Assembly: GCF_964355755.1 (NCBI RefSeq)
Contig: NC_092677.1
Coordinates: 766,101 to 830,100, forward strand
Source of the DNA: Antedon mediterranea
Lineage: Eukaryota > Animalia > Echinodermata
Direction of reading: 5' to 3'
DNA: 64,000 nt
Shown one piece after another: positions 14,692-27,248 of this stretch. Within the stretch, counting starts at the first letter, position 1. Each line of letters begins with the position of its first letter. Position numbers and translations under genes: made by a program. The notes beneath the pieces were generated by a model, which worked only from the letters and a program-made list of their open reading frames with translations, had not been told where the DNA came from and did not search any database.

Positions 14692-16107
14692 AATAAACTA
14701 GATTTAATTCGTCACTATGACGAATTATAGGTTATATGCATTGATTTAAATAAAGATAATTGATTTTTAAAAGATATTTTGATTCATTGATTTTCTCAGA
14801 TTCTTTAATTATTTATAATATATGATAGGACCTTGCTAACGCGAATACAATAGCCGGTATCACAATCCGATCAAAGATCCCTCTGCGTATAATGTCATAA
14901 ACCACATTTGCTGTTACATAATAATAAAGACATAAGTTATTTTTTATCTAGATTTCATTATAAATCATGTGTATAATATATACACTAAGAAATAAATTTG
15001 AACAAACAATACGGATAAAAAAAAAAAAATCTTATTTCGTTTCCCAAGGTGAGACTCGATCTCGGTACCTTGAGTGCCATAGACACGAGCACACACCACC
15101 GAGCCATACACAACTGACTAAAAATTGTAGAAAAATTCCTCCGTGTATTTACTATGCAGTAACCACTTTGGTGCAGATAGATTATTACATACCGCAATGA
15201 ATTATAATTTTTTACTATGATGACATCTCTAAAAATGTACAACAATGATGCACTGTCAAACTATATACTTTTAACTTTAATATAAGAACTTTTGAAGGAA
15301 GAAAGTTAATGTTAAGTTTGTTATTTTGGCCTAAGAAAATGTCATAATTTGTTTGATTGTCGAAATGAATTTTTTTTAATTTAATATGCAATTAATTATG
15401 GCTTAATCAACTTTTGTTCCCTTAGTTTAATAATAAATCATACATAAGATACATACACTTCAAGAAAATGAAATAAAAAATATGTGTTCCCGAGCATTCT
15501 GACGATCTATATTAATTTTAAAATTTAGCATATTTTCACCATTTTGTTAACTTACACGTGCGTAGCCTGTCACTTTTGACGTGCTCGTATAAGGCAATTT
15601 CGCGTTGAAAAGTGAATAAAATATGATGATATTATTAAAGAAAGGTTGTACAACCGAAATCGGACAAAAAGAGTGCGCATTAACGTATAACGCGCAGTGC
15701 GCGTGCAGAAATCTGCGCACTCATGGCAATTTTTTAAACGCTTAAAATTGCCTGAAACGTACTCTAATTTCATCGAAAATAAATTTTGACAATTTTGAAC
15801 ATTTTAAGCGCGGGTACGCAAGCGTTATATGCGCTACGCACGTAAGTGTATTGCCATGTGATGAAATATGACCTGAAATTTATGAGTACCAAATTTTGTT
15901 TAATTGTGATTCATGCTTGTGAAGATATGATTACAAACGTGATTTCGTAAAATCGCGCGTAGACCGCGTAATTTTTGATTACGCATCGTGAAAATATAAC
16001 CACATCGATTCCTGGCCATAAGGAATACACTCTGAAAAATTGACTTAGATAGATGAAACTGATGCCAAGATAATTCACGGACAAAATAGTGCTAAGGAAA
16101 GAATAAA

Positions 16108-17702
16108 CTAGACATGAAACTCGTCACTTTGACGAGTTAGTTATCCGCACAACGACAAACGCCACGTGCACGTCATACGTTAGAATATTGCACACAGATA
16201 AAGATTATGGCATTATGACAAGAACTGAAGAATATGATATGCTGTTAGTGCTGAATTCTGTCAATTTTGTGTCATATAGTATATACATGCAAACAGTATA
16301 ATCTGTATACATATTACATACAGTGTAGAATAGGTGAAATTACGAGACCCGCCATTTATTCAAATTTTTAACATGGCGACGGTATCAAAATGAAACACTT
16401 AAATATCAATTTCAGAAGGAAATTATCTCAGAAACAACATATTAACGTGTAGAAGAAATTTGAATACGTAAAATATAGATGCGCACCCTTTTAAATGTGA
16501 TGAACTATTACGCAAAATATGAAAATACGACTTTTTTTATTCAACTGGCCATATGATGACGTCACAACATCCGATTGGCAAAATGTTTACATGAATTCGT
16601 ATCTACAATCCAATAGCTTCCAGAAAACGTTTTAATCGTGATTATCACATTTTATTCTTACGAGCTATTACAGATTAAAATTTACTGTAAAGATGAAATT
16701 AATGACCAATGTAATTTAAATTTTTAGGCATGATGACGTTAAAAAAATTAAAAAATTTTTAATTCATGCAAAAGATAGTTGATTGACCTAGAATATATTA
16801 AAATCGGGGTGAAAATGGACAACGAATAAGTGGAGATGCGCTCTATTAAATGTGATGAGCTATGACGAAAGAGACAAAAATCCTATATTTTATATTCGCG
16901 TGGCCTTACGATGACGTCACAATGTCCGGTTAGCCATATTAATGCATGATTCGATATCTACAACTTATCAACTTCCAGAATATGTAATTTAAAAAAAGTT
17001 CTCCATGTAGTTTAGAATCTATGACTGTTTAAAAATAGGCATAATTTTGACGAATTTTTGAACTTTTTCACCAGAAACGCGTGCAAATTATTTAATTCGA
17101 CGTGCTCGTATGACGTAATTTAAGTCGAAATTGTTTAAAAGTTGGTAACATTACTATAAAAGGCTGAAAAAACATAAATCACGCGAAAAAAATATGTTTT
17201 TAACGCTACGCGTGTACCGCGTGCGTAAAAAGTTTCGCGCGCGTGGGAATTTTTGACATGCTCAAAATGACATGAAACGCATAGAAAGTTGATTAGAAGT
17301 TGATTTTTCGCATTCTAAAATTTTAAACGCGCGTGCGCGCGTAACTTTTTGTGAAACATGCTATTTTTAATCCATAGAAAGTTAGCGCTTGATGTGACTT
17401 AAATTTTCACAAAGTGTCAAAACAAAATTATGTTTCGTTTTTAGTCTATGATCAATCATTGAAATTCATAAAATCGCGCATAAGTCACGTTGCCCAACTC
17501 TGACGTCATTCAAAAATAGGAGGTGCACAAGTTCACGTAAATGTCGATATGTTGACAAAGTTACGATATGTTCTGTTTACACGTTTTAGAGAAACGCGAC
17601 GCACAAAAATGACAGAAGGAAAGAAGTATAATACAGAAAAAAAAAAAAAATATGATGAAACAGGACGATTACAAGGAGTTATCCGCTACTAAGCGGATAA
17701 CT
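16108..17702 (-). mobile_element. Complete family-C non-autonomous Helentron (C1) nested in A9
   Basis: CTAG 16108, hairpin AACTCGTCActtTGACGAGTT, subTIR AGTTATCCGC; head palindrome AGTTATCCGCT-acta-AGCGGATAACT ending 17702; followed by the displaced A head 17721-17766. Confidence 0.88.
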
Positions 17703-17776
17703 AATAAAGAAATAAATAAAGATTTTGACAGAATCAAGAGGTTATATGCATGAATGCATATAACCTAATAAATAAA

Positions 17777-19353
17777 CTAGACATGAAACTCGTCACTTTG
17801 ACGAGTTAGTTATCCGCACGACAAACGCCACGAGCACGTCATGCGTTGGAATATTGCACACAGAAAAAGATTATGGCATTATGACCTGAAGAAGAATATG
17901 ATTATGTTATTATTGCTGAATTCTGTTATTTTGTGTCATAGTATACACAGTATAATCTGTATACATCACATACAGTGTAGAATAGGTGAAATTACGGGAC
18001 CCGCTATTTATTCCAATTTTTAACATGTTGACGGTTTCAAAATGAAACCCGAAGGTAGCAATTTCGGAAGGAAATTATCTCAGCAACAACATATTAGCAT
18101 GTAGAAGAAATTTGAATACGTGAAATATTGATGCGCGCTCTTTTAAATGTAATGAATTATAATGCAAAAGATGAAAATACGACTTTTTTTATTTAACTGG
18201 CCATATGATGACTTCACAACATCCGATTGGCAAAATGTTCACATGATTTCGTATCTACAATTCAATAGCTTCCAGAAAACGTTTTAATCGTGATTATCAC
18301 ATTTCATTCTTATGAGCTATAACAGATTAAAATTTACTGTAAAGATGAAATTTATGCAACATGTAATTTAAATTTTTAGGCATGATGACGTCATAAAAAT
18401 TAAAATATTTTTAACTCATGCGAAAGACAGTTGATTGACCTAGACAATATCAAAATCGGGGTGAAAATGGAAAACGGATAAGTGTAGATGCGCTCTATTA
18501 AATGTGATGAGCTATGACGAAAGATACAAAAATCCTAAATTTTGTATTCGCGTGGCCATACAGTGACGTCACAATGTCCGGTTAGCCATATTAATGCATG
18601 ATCCGATATTTACAACTCATCAACTTCCAGAATATGCAATAAAAATAACTTTCACCGTTTGGTTTAGAAACTACGACTGTTTAAAAAAAGGTATAATTTT
18701 GACAAATTTTGACAAATTTTTGAACTTTTTCATAAAAAACGCACATAAATTATCCAATTCAACGTGCCCGTATGACGTGATTTTAAGTCGAAAATGTTTA
18801 GAAATTGGTAAAATTACTAAAAAAGGGTGGAAAAACATAAATCACGGGAAAAAAAATGTTTTCAACGCTACGTGTGCACCGCACGCGTAAAAAAATGCGC
18901 ACGCATGGGAATTTTTGACATGCTCAAAATGACATGAAACGTGTAGAAAGTTGATTAGAAATTGATTTTTCTCAATTTGAAATTTTAAACGCGCATGCGC
19001 GCGTAACTTCGTGTGAAACATGCCATTTTTTTACCACAGTCAGTTAGCGCAAGATATAAATTAAACTTTTGTTAAGTTTAAATTTAAATTGTTATATGGT
19101 TTTCGATCTATATTAAATACGAGAAATTCGTAAAAACGCGCGTAAGTCATGTTGCGCAACTCTGTCGTCATTCACAATAGGAGGTGCACTATTTCACGTG
19201 AATGCCCACATGTTGACAAAGTTATAAAATGTTATGTTTACACGTTTTTGAGTTACGCGAGACACAAAATTGACAGAAAGAAAGAATAATACAGAAAAAA
19301 AAAAAGATGATTTCATACAGTTACAAGGAGTTATCCGCTGAATGCGGATAACT
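17777..19353 (-). mobile_element. Complete family-C non-autonomous Helentron (C2)
   Basis: Same termini as C1; head AGTTATCCGC-tgaat-GCGGATAACT ending 19353. Confidence 0.88.
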
Positions 19354-19375
19354 AATAAATAAATAAATAAATAAA

Positions 19376-19530
19376 GATTTTGACAGAATCAAGAGGTTAT
19401 ATGCATATCATGCATATAACCTAATAAAGATTTTGACAGAATCAAGAGGTTATATGCATGATAATGCATATAACCTAATAAAGATTTTGACAGAATCAAG
19501 AGGTTATATGCATGATAATGCATATAACCT
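19376..19530 (-). repeat. Stack of three family-A 5' heads
   Basis: Heads at 19376, 19429 and 19483; loops atc, gata, gata. Confidence 0.95.
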
Positions 19531-19532
19531 AA

Positions 19533-22500
19533 CTAGATCTTAAACTCGTCACTTGAGGACGAGTTTGGTTATCCGCCCGCAACAAAACGTATCTTGCGCA
19601 TTCAAGTACTTTTCAGTTGTGACTTTTCCAAAAAAAGTAGCCTATTCAAAATTAAAACTGCCCTTTAAGTGTAATAACCAAACAAATCCTTTTATTTAAT
19701 TGTTTTCCCGTAATGAGATTTGAACCCGGTACCTCTGATACCAAAGTCGGTTGCACTACACATCGAGTCATATGAGCACCTGCTGAAGAAAATCCGAAGA
19801 AAGAGTCCTCGTTCATTCGGTATGTCGTGAATCCCCTCGATGCAAGTTGATTATTACATATCAAACTTATATCATAAATTTTACTATGATGAAATGTTCA
19901 CAAATTTTAAACAGTGACATATTAGCAAAGTGCATACTTTCAAGTTTTATATATCAACATGTAAAGAAAAAAGATAAACGTTATGTTTATTGTTTTGCTC
20001 TTTGAATATGTTATTGTTTGTTTGATGATAAAAATTTCGAAAATTATATTTAATATGCAAATAATGTAGCCATCAAACACGTTTTAACATTCAACACTAT
20101 AATAAATCAGATCTACGATTCATAGACTGTAAAAAAATAAAATAAAAAATGGGGGTAACCGTGCATTCTGATGAACTGTATCACTTTTAAAAGTAGACAT
20201 ATTTTGCAACATTTTCACAATTTGTTGACGTTTTCGTGCGCAACCAGTCATGTTTAACGTGCTCGTAGAACGCCATTTCAAGTTGAAAAGTGAATAAAAT
20301 AACGTAAAATTGTTAACCTAAGTTTGAAAAAGACAATTTATGTAAAAGAAAAGCTCATACGCGTTCCCTGCGCCGTGCGCGCGTAAAAATGTTCGCACCA
20401 GTGGAAATTTTTAAACCCTTAAAATGACCTGAAACGTGCTCTAATTTAATCAGAAATTGATTTGAAGCATTTTAAAATTTTAAACGCCGTTTACGCACGC
20501 ACTTTCTAATGTTACAAAATTCGGTAGGGATAAAAAAGTTAACAATTAATGTAAAGCAAACGTGGCTGAAAATTACGTTAAAAAATATTTATCTGTTTCA
20601 AAGTTATGATCAATTTAAGATTTTCAGAAAATCGCGCGTAACTTACGATACGCGCATCATACAGCGTCCAAAAGCTTGACTGCACATCTTCAGTTAAAAG
20701 TCTATATGTTGACCAAGTTACAACATGTTATGTTCACGCGTTGCAGAGAAACGGCGTGTACAAATTTGGAGCATTTTAAAATTTCAAACGCAATTTACGC
20801 GCAAACTTTCTAGTCTCCAAAAATGTGCTAAAGATTGAAAAAGTTAGCCATTGATGTGAGGAAAACGTGGCTGCAAGTTACGTTAAAAAATATTTATCGG
20901 TTTCGAAGTTATGTTCAATTTAATATTTTCAGAAAATTGCGCGTAACTTACGCTACGCGGATCTGACAGAGTCCAAAAGCTTGGCTGCACATCTTCAGTT
21001 AAATTTCTAAATGTTTACCAAGTTACAACATGTTATGTTAACACGTTGCAGAGAAACGTCGCGTACAAAAAGTGGCGGAAAGAAAGAAGAATAACTAGAT
21101 CTGAACTCGTCACTTGAGGACGAGTTTGGTTATCCGCCCGCAACAAAACGTATCTTGCGCATTCAAGTACTTTTCAGTTGTGACTTTTCCAAAAAGTAGC
21201 CTATTCAAAATTAAAATTGCCCTTTCAGTGTAATAACCAAACAAATCCTTTTATTTCTCCGTGATGAGATTTGAACCCGGTACCTCTGATACCAAAGTCG
21301 GTTGCACTAAACATCGAACCATATGAGCACCTGCTGAAGAAAATCCGAAGAAAGAGTCCTCGTTCATTCGGTATGTCGTGAATCCCCTCGATGCAAGTTG
21401 ATTATTACATATCAAACTTAAATCATAAATTTTACGATGATGAAATCTTCACAAATTTTAAACAGTGACATTTAGCAAAGTGCATACTTTCAAGTTTTAT
21501 ATATCAACATGTAAAGAAAAAAGATAAACGTTATGTTTATTGTTTTGCTCTTTGAAAATGTTATTGTTTGTTTGATGATAAAAATTTCGAAAATTATATT
21601 TAATATGCAAATAATGTAGCCATCAAACACGTTTTAACATTCAACACTATAATAAATCAGATCTACAATTCATAGGCTGTAATAAAATAAAATAAAAAAT
21701 GGGGGTAACCTTGCATTCTGATGAACTGTATCACTTTTAAAAGTAGACATATTTTGCAACATTTTCACAATTTGTTGACGTTTTCGTGCGCAACCAGTCA
21801 TGTTTAACGTGCTCGTAGAACGCCATTTCAAGTTGAAAAGTGAATAAAATAACGTAAAATTGTTAACCTAAGTTTGAAAAACACAATTTATGTAAAAGAA
21901 AAGCTCATACGCGTTCCCTGCGCCATGCGCGCGTAAAAATGTGCGCTCCAGTGGCAATTTTTAAACCCTTAAAATGACCTGAAACGTGCTCTAATTTAAT
22001 CAGAAATTGATTTGAAGCATTTTAAAATTTCAAACGCCGTTTACGCACGCACTTTCTAATGTTACAAAATTCGGTAGGGATAAAAAAGTTAACAATTAAT
22101 GTAAAGCAAACGTGGCTGAAAATTACGTTAAAAAATATTTATCTGTTTCAAAGTTATGATCAATTTAAGATTTTCAGAAAATCGCGCGTAACTTACAATA
22201 CGCGCATCATACAGCGTCCAAAAGCTTGGCTGCACATCTTCAGTTAAATGTCTATATGTTGACCAAGTTACAACATGTTATGTTCACGCGTTGCAGAGAA
22301 ACAGCGTGTACAAATTTGGACCATTTTAAAATTTCAAACGCAATTTACGCGCAAACTTTCTAGTCTCCAAAAATGTGCTAAAGATTGAAAAAGTTAGCCA
22401 TTGATGTGAAGAAAACGTGGCTGCAAGTTACGTTAAAAAATATTTATCGGTTTCGAAGTTATGATCAATTTAAGATTTTCAGAAAATTGCGCGTAACTTA

Positions 22501-24209
22501 CGCTACGCGGATCTGACAGCGTCCAAAAGCTTGGCTGCACATCTTCAGTTAAATTTCTAAATGTTTACCAAGTTACAACATGTTATGTTAACACGTTGCA
22601 GAGAAACGTCGCGTACAAAAAGTGGCGGAAAGAAAGAAGAACTAGATCTGAACTCGTCACTTGAGGACGAGTTTGGTTATCCGCCCGCAACAAAACATAT
22701 CTTGAGCATTCAAGTACTTTTCAGTTTTTGGCTTTTCCAAAAAAGTAGCCTATTCGAAATTAAAACTGCCTTTTCAGTGTAACAACCAAATAAATCCTTA
22801 TATTTAATTGTTTTCCCGTGACGGGACTCGATCCCGGTACCTCTGATACCAAAGTCGGTTGCACTACACATCGAGTCATATGAGCACCTGCCGAAGATAA
22901 TCCGAAGAAAGATTACTCGTTCGTTCGGTATGTCGTGAACTCCCTCGATGCAAGTTGATTATTACATATCGAACTAAATCATAATTTTTACTATGATGAA
23001 ATCTTCATAAATTTTAAACAGTGACATATTATGAAAGAGCATACTTTCAAGTTTTATATATTAACATGTGAAGAAAAAATATAACAGTTATGTCTATTGT
23101 TTTGCTCTTTGAAAATGTTATCGTTTGTTTGATGATAACAATTTCCAAAATTATATTTAATATGCAAATAGTGTAGCCAGCAAACACGTTTTAACATTAA
23201 AAATTATTATAAATCAGATCTATGATTCATAAACTGCAAGAAATAAAAATAAAAAATAGGGGTAACCTTGCATTCTGATGAACTGTATCGTTTTTAAAAG
23301 TAGACATATTTTGCAACATTTTCACAATTTTTTGACGTTTTTCTGCGCAACCAGTCATGTTTAACGTGCTCGTAGAACGCCATTTCAAGTTGAATAGTGA
23401 ATAAAATAACGTAAAATTGTTAACCAAAGATGTAAAAACATAAATCGTGTAAAAGAAATGCTCATACGCGTTCCCTGCGCCGTGCGCGCGTAAAAATGTG
23501 CGCACCAGTGGCAATTTTTTAAACGCTTAAAATGACCTGAATCGTGCTCTAATTTAATCAGAAATTAATTTCAAGCATTTTAAAACTTCAAACGTCGTTT
23601 ACGCGCTTTTTCGAATGTTACAAAATTCGTTAGGGTTAAAAAAGTTAACAATTGATGTGAAGCAAACGTGGCTGAAAATTACGTTAAAAAATATTTATCT
23701 GTTTCAAAGTTATGATCAATTTAAGATTTTCAGAAAATCGCGCGTAACTTACGATAAGCGCCTCTGACAGCGTCCAAAAGCTTGGCTGCACAATTTCAGT
23801 TAGATGTCAAAATGTTGACCAAGTTACAACATGTTATGTTAACGCGTTGCAGAGAAACAGCGTGTACAAATTTGGAGAATTTTTAAATTTCAAACGCAAT
23901 TTACGCGAAAATTTTCTAGTCTCCAAAAATTTGGTAGAGATCGAAAAAGTTAGCCATTGATGTGAAGAAAACGTGGCTGAAAACTTCGTTAAAAAATATT
24001 TATCGGTTTTGAAGTTATGACCGATTTAAGATTTTCAGAAAATCGCGCGTAACTTACGCTACGCGTATCTGACAGCGTCCAAAAGCTTGGCTGCACAACT
24101 TCAGTTAAATGTCTAAATGTTGACCAAGTTACAACGTGTTATGTTAACACGTTGAAGAGAAACGTCGCGAACAAAAGTGGCGGAAAGAAAGAAGAATAAT
24201 AAAAAAAAA
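19533..24209 (-). mobile_element. Three nested family-B bodies (B2-B4)
   Basis: CTAG-hairpin-GGTTATCCGC at 19533, 21095 and 22642; ~1.55-kb bodies homologous to B1. Confidence 0.88.
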
Positions 24210-27050
24210 CTAGATTTAATTCGTCACTATGACGAATTATAGGTTATATGCATTGATAATTAAAATAAAGATAATTTATTTTTAAAAGATATTTTGATTC
24301 ATTGATTTTCTCAGATTCTTTAAATAATATATAATATATGATAGGACCTTGCTAACGCGAATACAATAGCCGGTATCACAATCCGATCAAAGATCCCTCT
24401 GCGTATAATGTCATAAACCACATTTGCTGTTACATAATAATAAAGACATAAGTTATTTTTTATCTAGATTTCATTATAAATCATGTGTATAATATATACA
24501 CTAAGAAATAAATTTGAACAAACAATACGGATAATAAAAAAAAAAATTTATTTCGTTTTCCAAGGTGAGACTCGATCTCGGTACCTTGAGTGCCATAGAC
24601 ACGAGCACACACCACCGAGCCATACACAACTGACTAAAAATTGTAGAAAAATTCCTCCGTGTATTTACTATGCAGTAACCACTTTGGTGCAGATAGATTA
24701 TTACATACCGCAATGAATTATAATTTTTTACTATGATGACATCTCTAAAAATGTACAAAAATGATGCACTGTCAAACTATATACTTTTAACTTTAATATA
24801 TGAACTTTTGAAGGAAGAAAGTTAATGTTAAGTTTGTTATTTTGGCCTAAGAAAATGTCATAATTTGTTTGATTGTCGAAATGAATTTTTTTTAATTTAA
24901 TATGCAATTAATTATGGCTTAATCAACTTTTGTTCCCTTAGTTTAATAATAAATCATACATAAGATACATACACTTCAAGAAAATTAAATAAAAAATATG
25001 TGTTCCCGAGCATTCTGACGATCTATATTAATTTTAAAATTTAGCATATTTTCACCATTTTGTTAACTTACACGTGCGTAGCCTGTCACTTTTGACGTGC
25101 TCGTATAAGGCAATTACGCGTTGAAAAGTGAATAAAATATGATGATATTATTAAAGAAAGGTTGTACAACCGAAATCGGACAAAAAGAGTGCGCATTAAC
25201 GTATAACGCGCAGTGCGCGTGCAAAAATCTGCGCACTCATGGCAATTTTTTAAACGCTTAAAATTGCCTGAAACGTACTCTAATTTCATCGAAAATAAAT
25301 TTTGACAATTTTGAACATTTTAAGCGCGCGTACGCAAGCGTTATATGCGCTACGCACGTAATTGTATTGCCATATGATGAAATATGACCTGAAATTTATG
25401 AGTACCAAATTTTGTTTAATTGTGATTCATGCTTGTGAAGATATGATTACAAACGTGATTTCGTAAAATCGCGCGTAGACCGCGTAATTTTTGATTACGC
25501 ATCGTGAAAATATAACCACATCGATTCCTGGCCATAAGGAATAATACTCTGAAAAATTGACTTAGATAGATGAAACTGATATCAAGATAATTCACGGACA
25601 AAATAGTGCTAAGGAAAGAATAAATAAACTAGATTTAATTCGTCACTATGACGAATTATAGGTTATATGCATTGATAATTAAAATAAAGATAATTTATTT
25701 TTAAAAGATATTTTGATTCATTGATTTTCTCAGATTCTTTAAATAATATATAATATATGATAGGACCTTGCTAACGCGAATACAATAGCCGGTATCACAA
25801 TCCGATCAAAGATCCCTCTGCGTATAATGTCATAAACCACATTTGCTGTTACATAATAATAAAGACATAAGTTATTTTTTATCTAGATTTCATTATAAAT
25901 CATGTGTATAATATATACACTAAGAAATAAATTTGAACAAACAATACGGATAATAAAAAAAAAAATTTATTTCGTTTCCCAAGGTGAGACTCGATCTCGG
26001 TACCTTGAGTGCCATAGACACGAGCACACACCACCGAGCCATACACAACTGACTAAAAATTGTAGAAAAATTCCTCCGTGTATTTACTATGCAGTAACCA
26101 CTTTGGTGCAGATAGATTATTACATACCGCAATGAATTATAATTTTTTACTATGATGACATCTCTAAAAATGTACAAAAATGATGCACTGTCAAACTATA
26201 TACTTTTAACTTTAATATATGAACTTTTGAAGGAAGAAAGTTAATGTTAAGTTTGTTATTTTGGCCTAAGAAAATGTCATAATTTGTTTGATTGTCGAAA
26301 TGAATTTTTTTAAATTTAATATGCAATTAATTATGGCTTAATCAACTTTTGTTCCCTTAGTTTAATAATAAATCATACATAAGATACATACACTTCAAGA
26401 AAATGAAATAAAAAATATGTGTTCCCGAGCATTCTGACGATCTATATTAATTTTAAAATTTAGCATATTTTCACCATTTTGTTAACTTACACGTGCGTAG
26501 CCTGTCACTTTTGACGTGCTCGTATAAGGCAATTACGCGTTGAAAAGTGAATAAAATATGATGATATTATTAAAGAAAGGTTGTACAACCGAAATCGGAC
26601 AAAAAGAGTGCGCATTAACGTATAACGCGCAGTGCGCGTGCAAAAATCTGCACACTCATGGCAATTTTTTAAACGCTTAAAATTGCCTGAAACGTACTCT
26701 AATTTCATCGAAAATAAATTTTGACAATTTTGAACATTTTAAGCGCGCGTACGCAAGCGTTATATGCGCTACGCACGTAATTGTATTGCCATATGATGAA
26801 ATATGACCTGAAATTTATGAGTACCAAATTTTGTTTAATTGTGATTCATGCTTGTGAAGATATGATTACAAACGTGATTTCGTAAAATCGCGCGTAGACC
26901 GCGTAATTTTTGATTACGCATCGTGAAAATATAACCACATCGATTCCTGGCCATAAGGAATATACTCTGAAAAATTGACTTAGATAGATGAAACTGATAT
27001 CAAGATAATTCACGGACAAAATAGTGCTAAGGAAAGAATAAATAAATAAA

Positions 27051-27248
27051 GATTTTGACAGAATCAAGAGGTTATATGCATGATAATGCATATAACCTAA
27101 TAAAGATTTTGACAGAATCAAGAGGTTATATGCATGATAATGCATATAACCTAAAAAGAAACACTACAATAACAAAGGTTATCCGCTTGAGGCGGATAAC
27201 CAATAATATAAAAAAAGAAACACTACAATTCCAAGGGCTTATCCGCTA
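27051..27248 (-). repeat. Mixed head stack A, A, B, B(truncated)
   Basis: A heads at 27051 and 27105; B head 27158-27201; a second B-type head from 27218 breaks off at ...CTTATCCGCT and fuses to internal D-body sequence. Confidence 0.92.

Noticed and set aside
1480-16107. Ordinary 1.4-kb satellite or rolling-circle concatemer
   Set aside because: Cannot explain the interleaved families, the matching head counts, the last-in-first-out order or the SNP-loop linkage.
1825-22890. Functional tRNA genes in A/B units
   Set aside because: Acceptor and anticodon stems do not pair properly; kept only as tRNA-derived segments.
14517-27248. Clusters of ~50-bp palindromic direct repeats resembling a CRISPR array
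   Set aside because: Separated only by (TAAA)n or poly-A, with no unique spacers and no cas genes. The context is eukaryotic and the repeats are explained as stacked element 5' ends.
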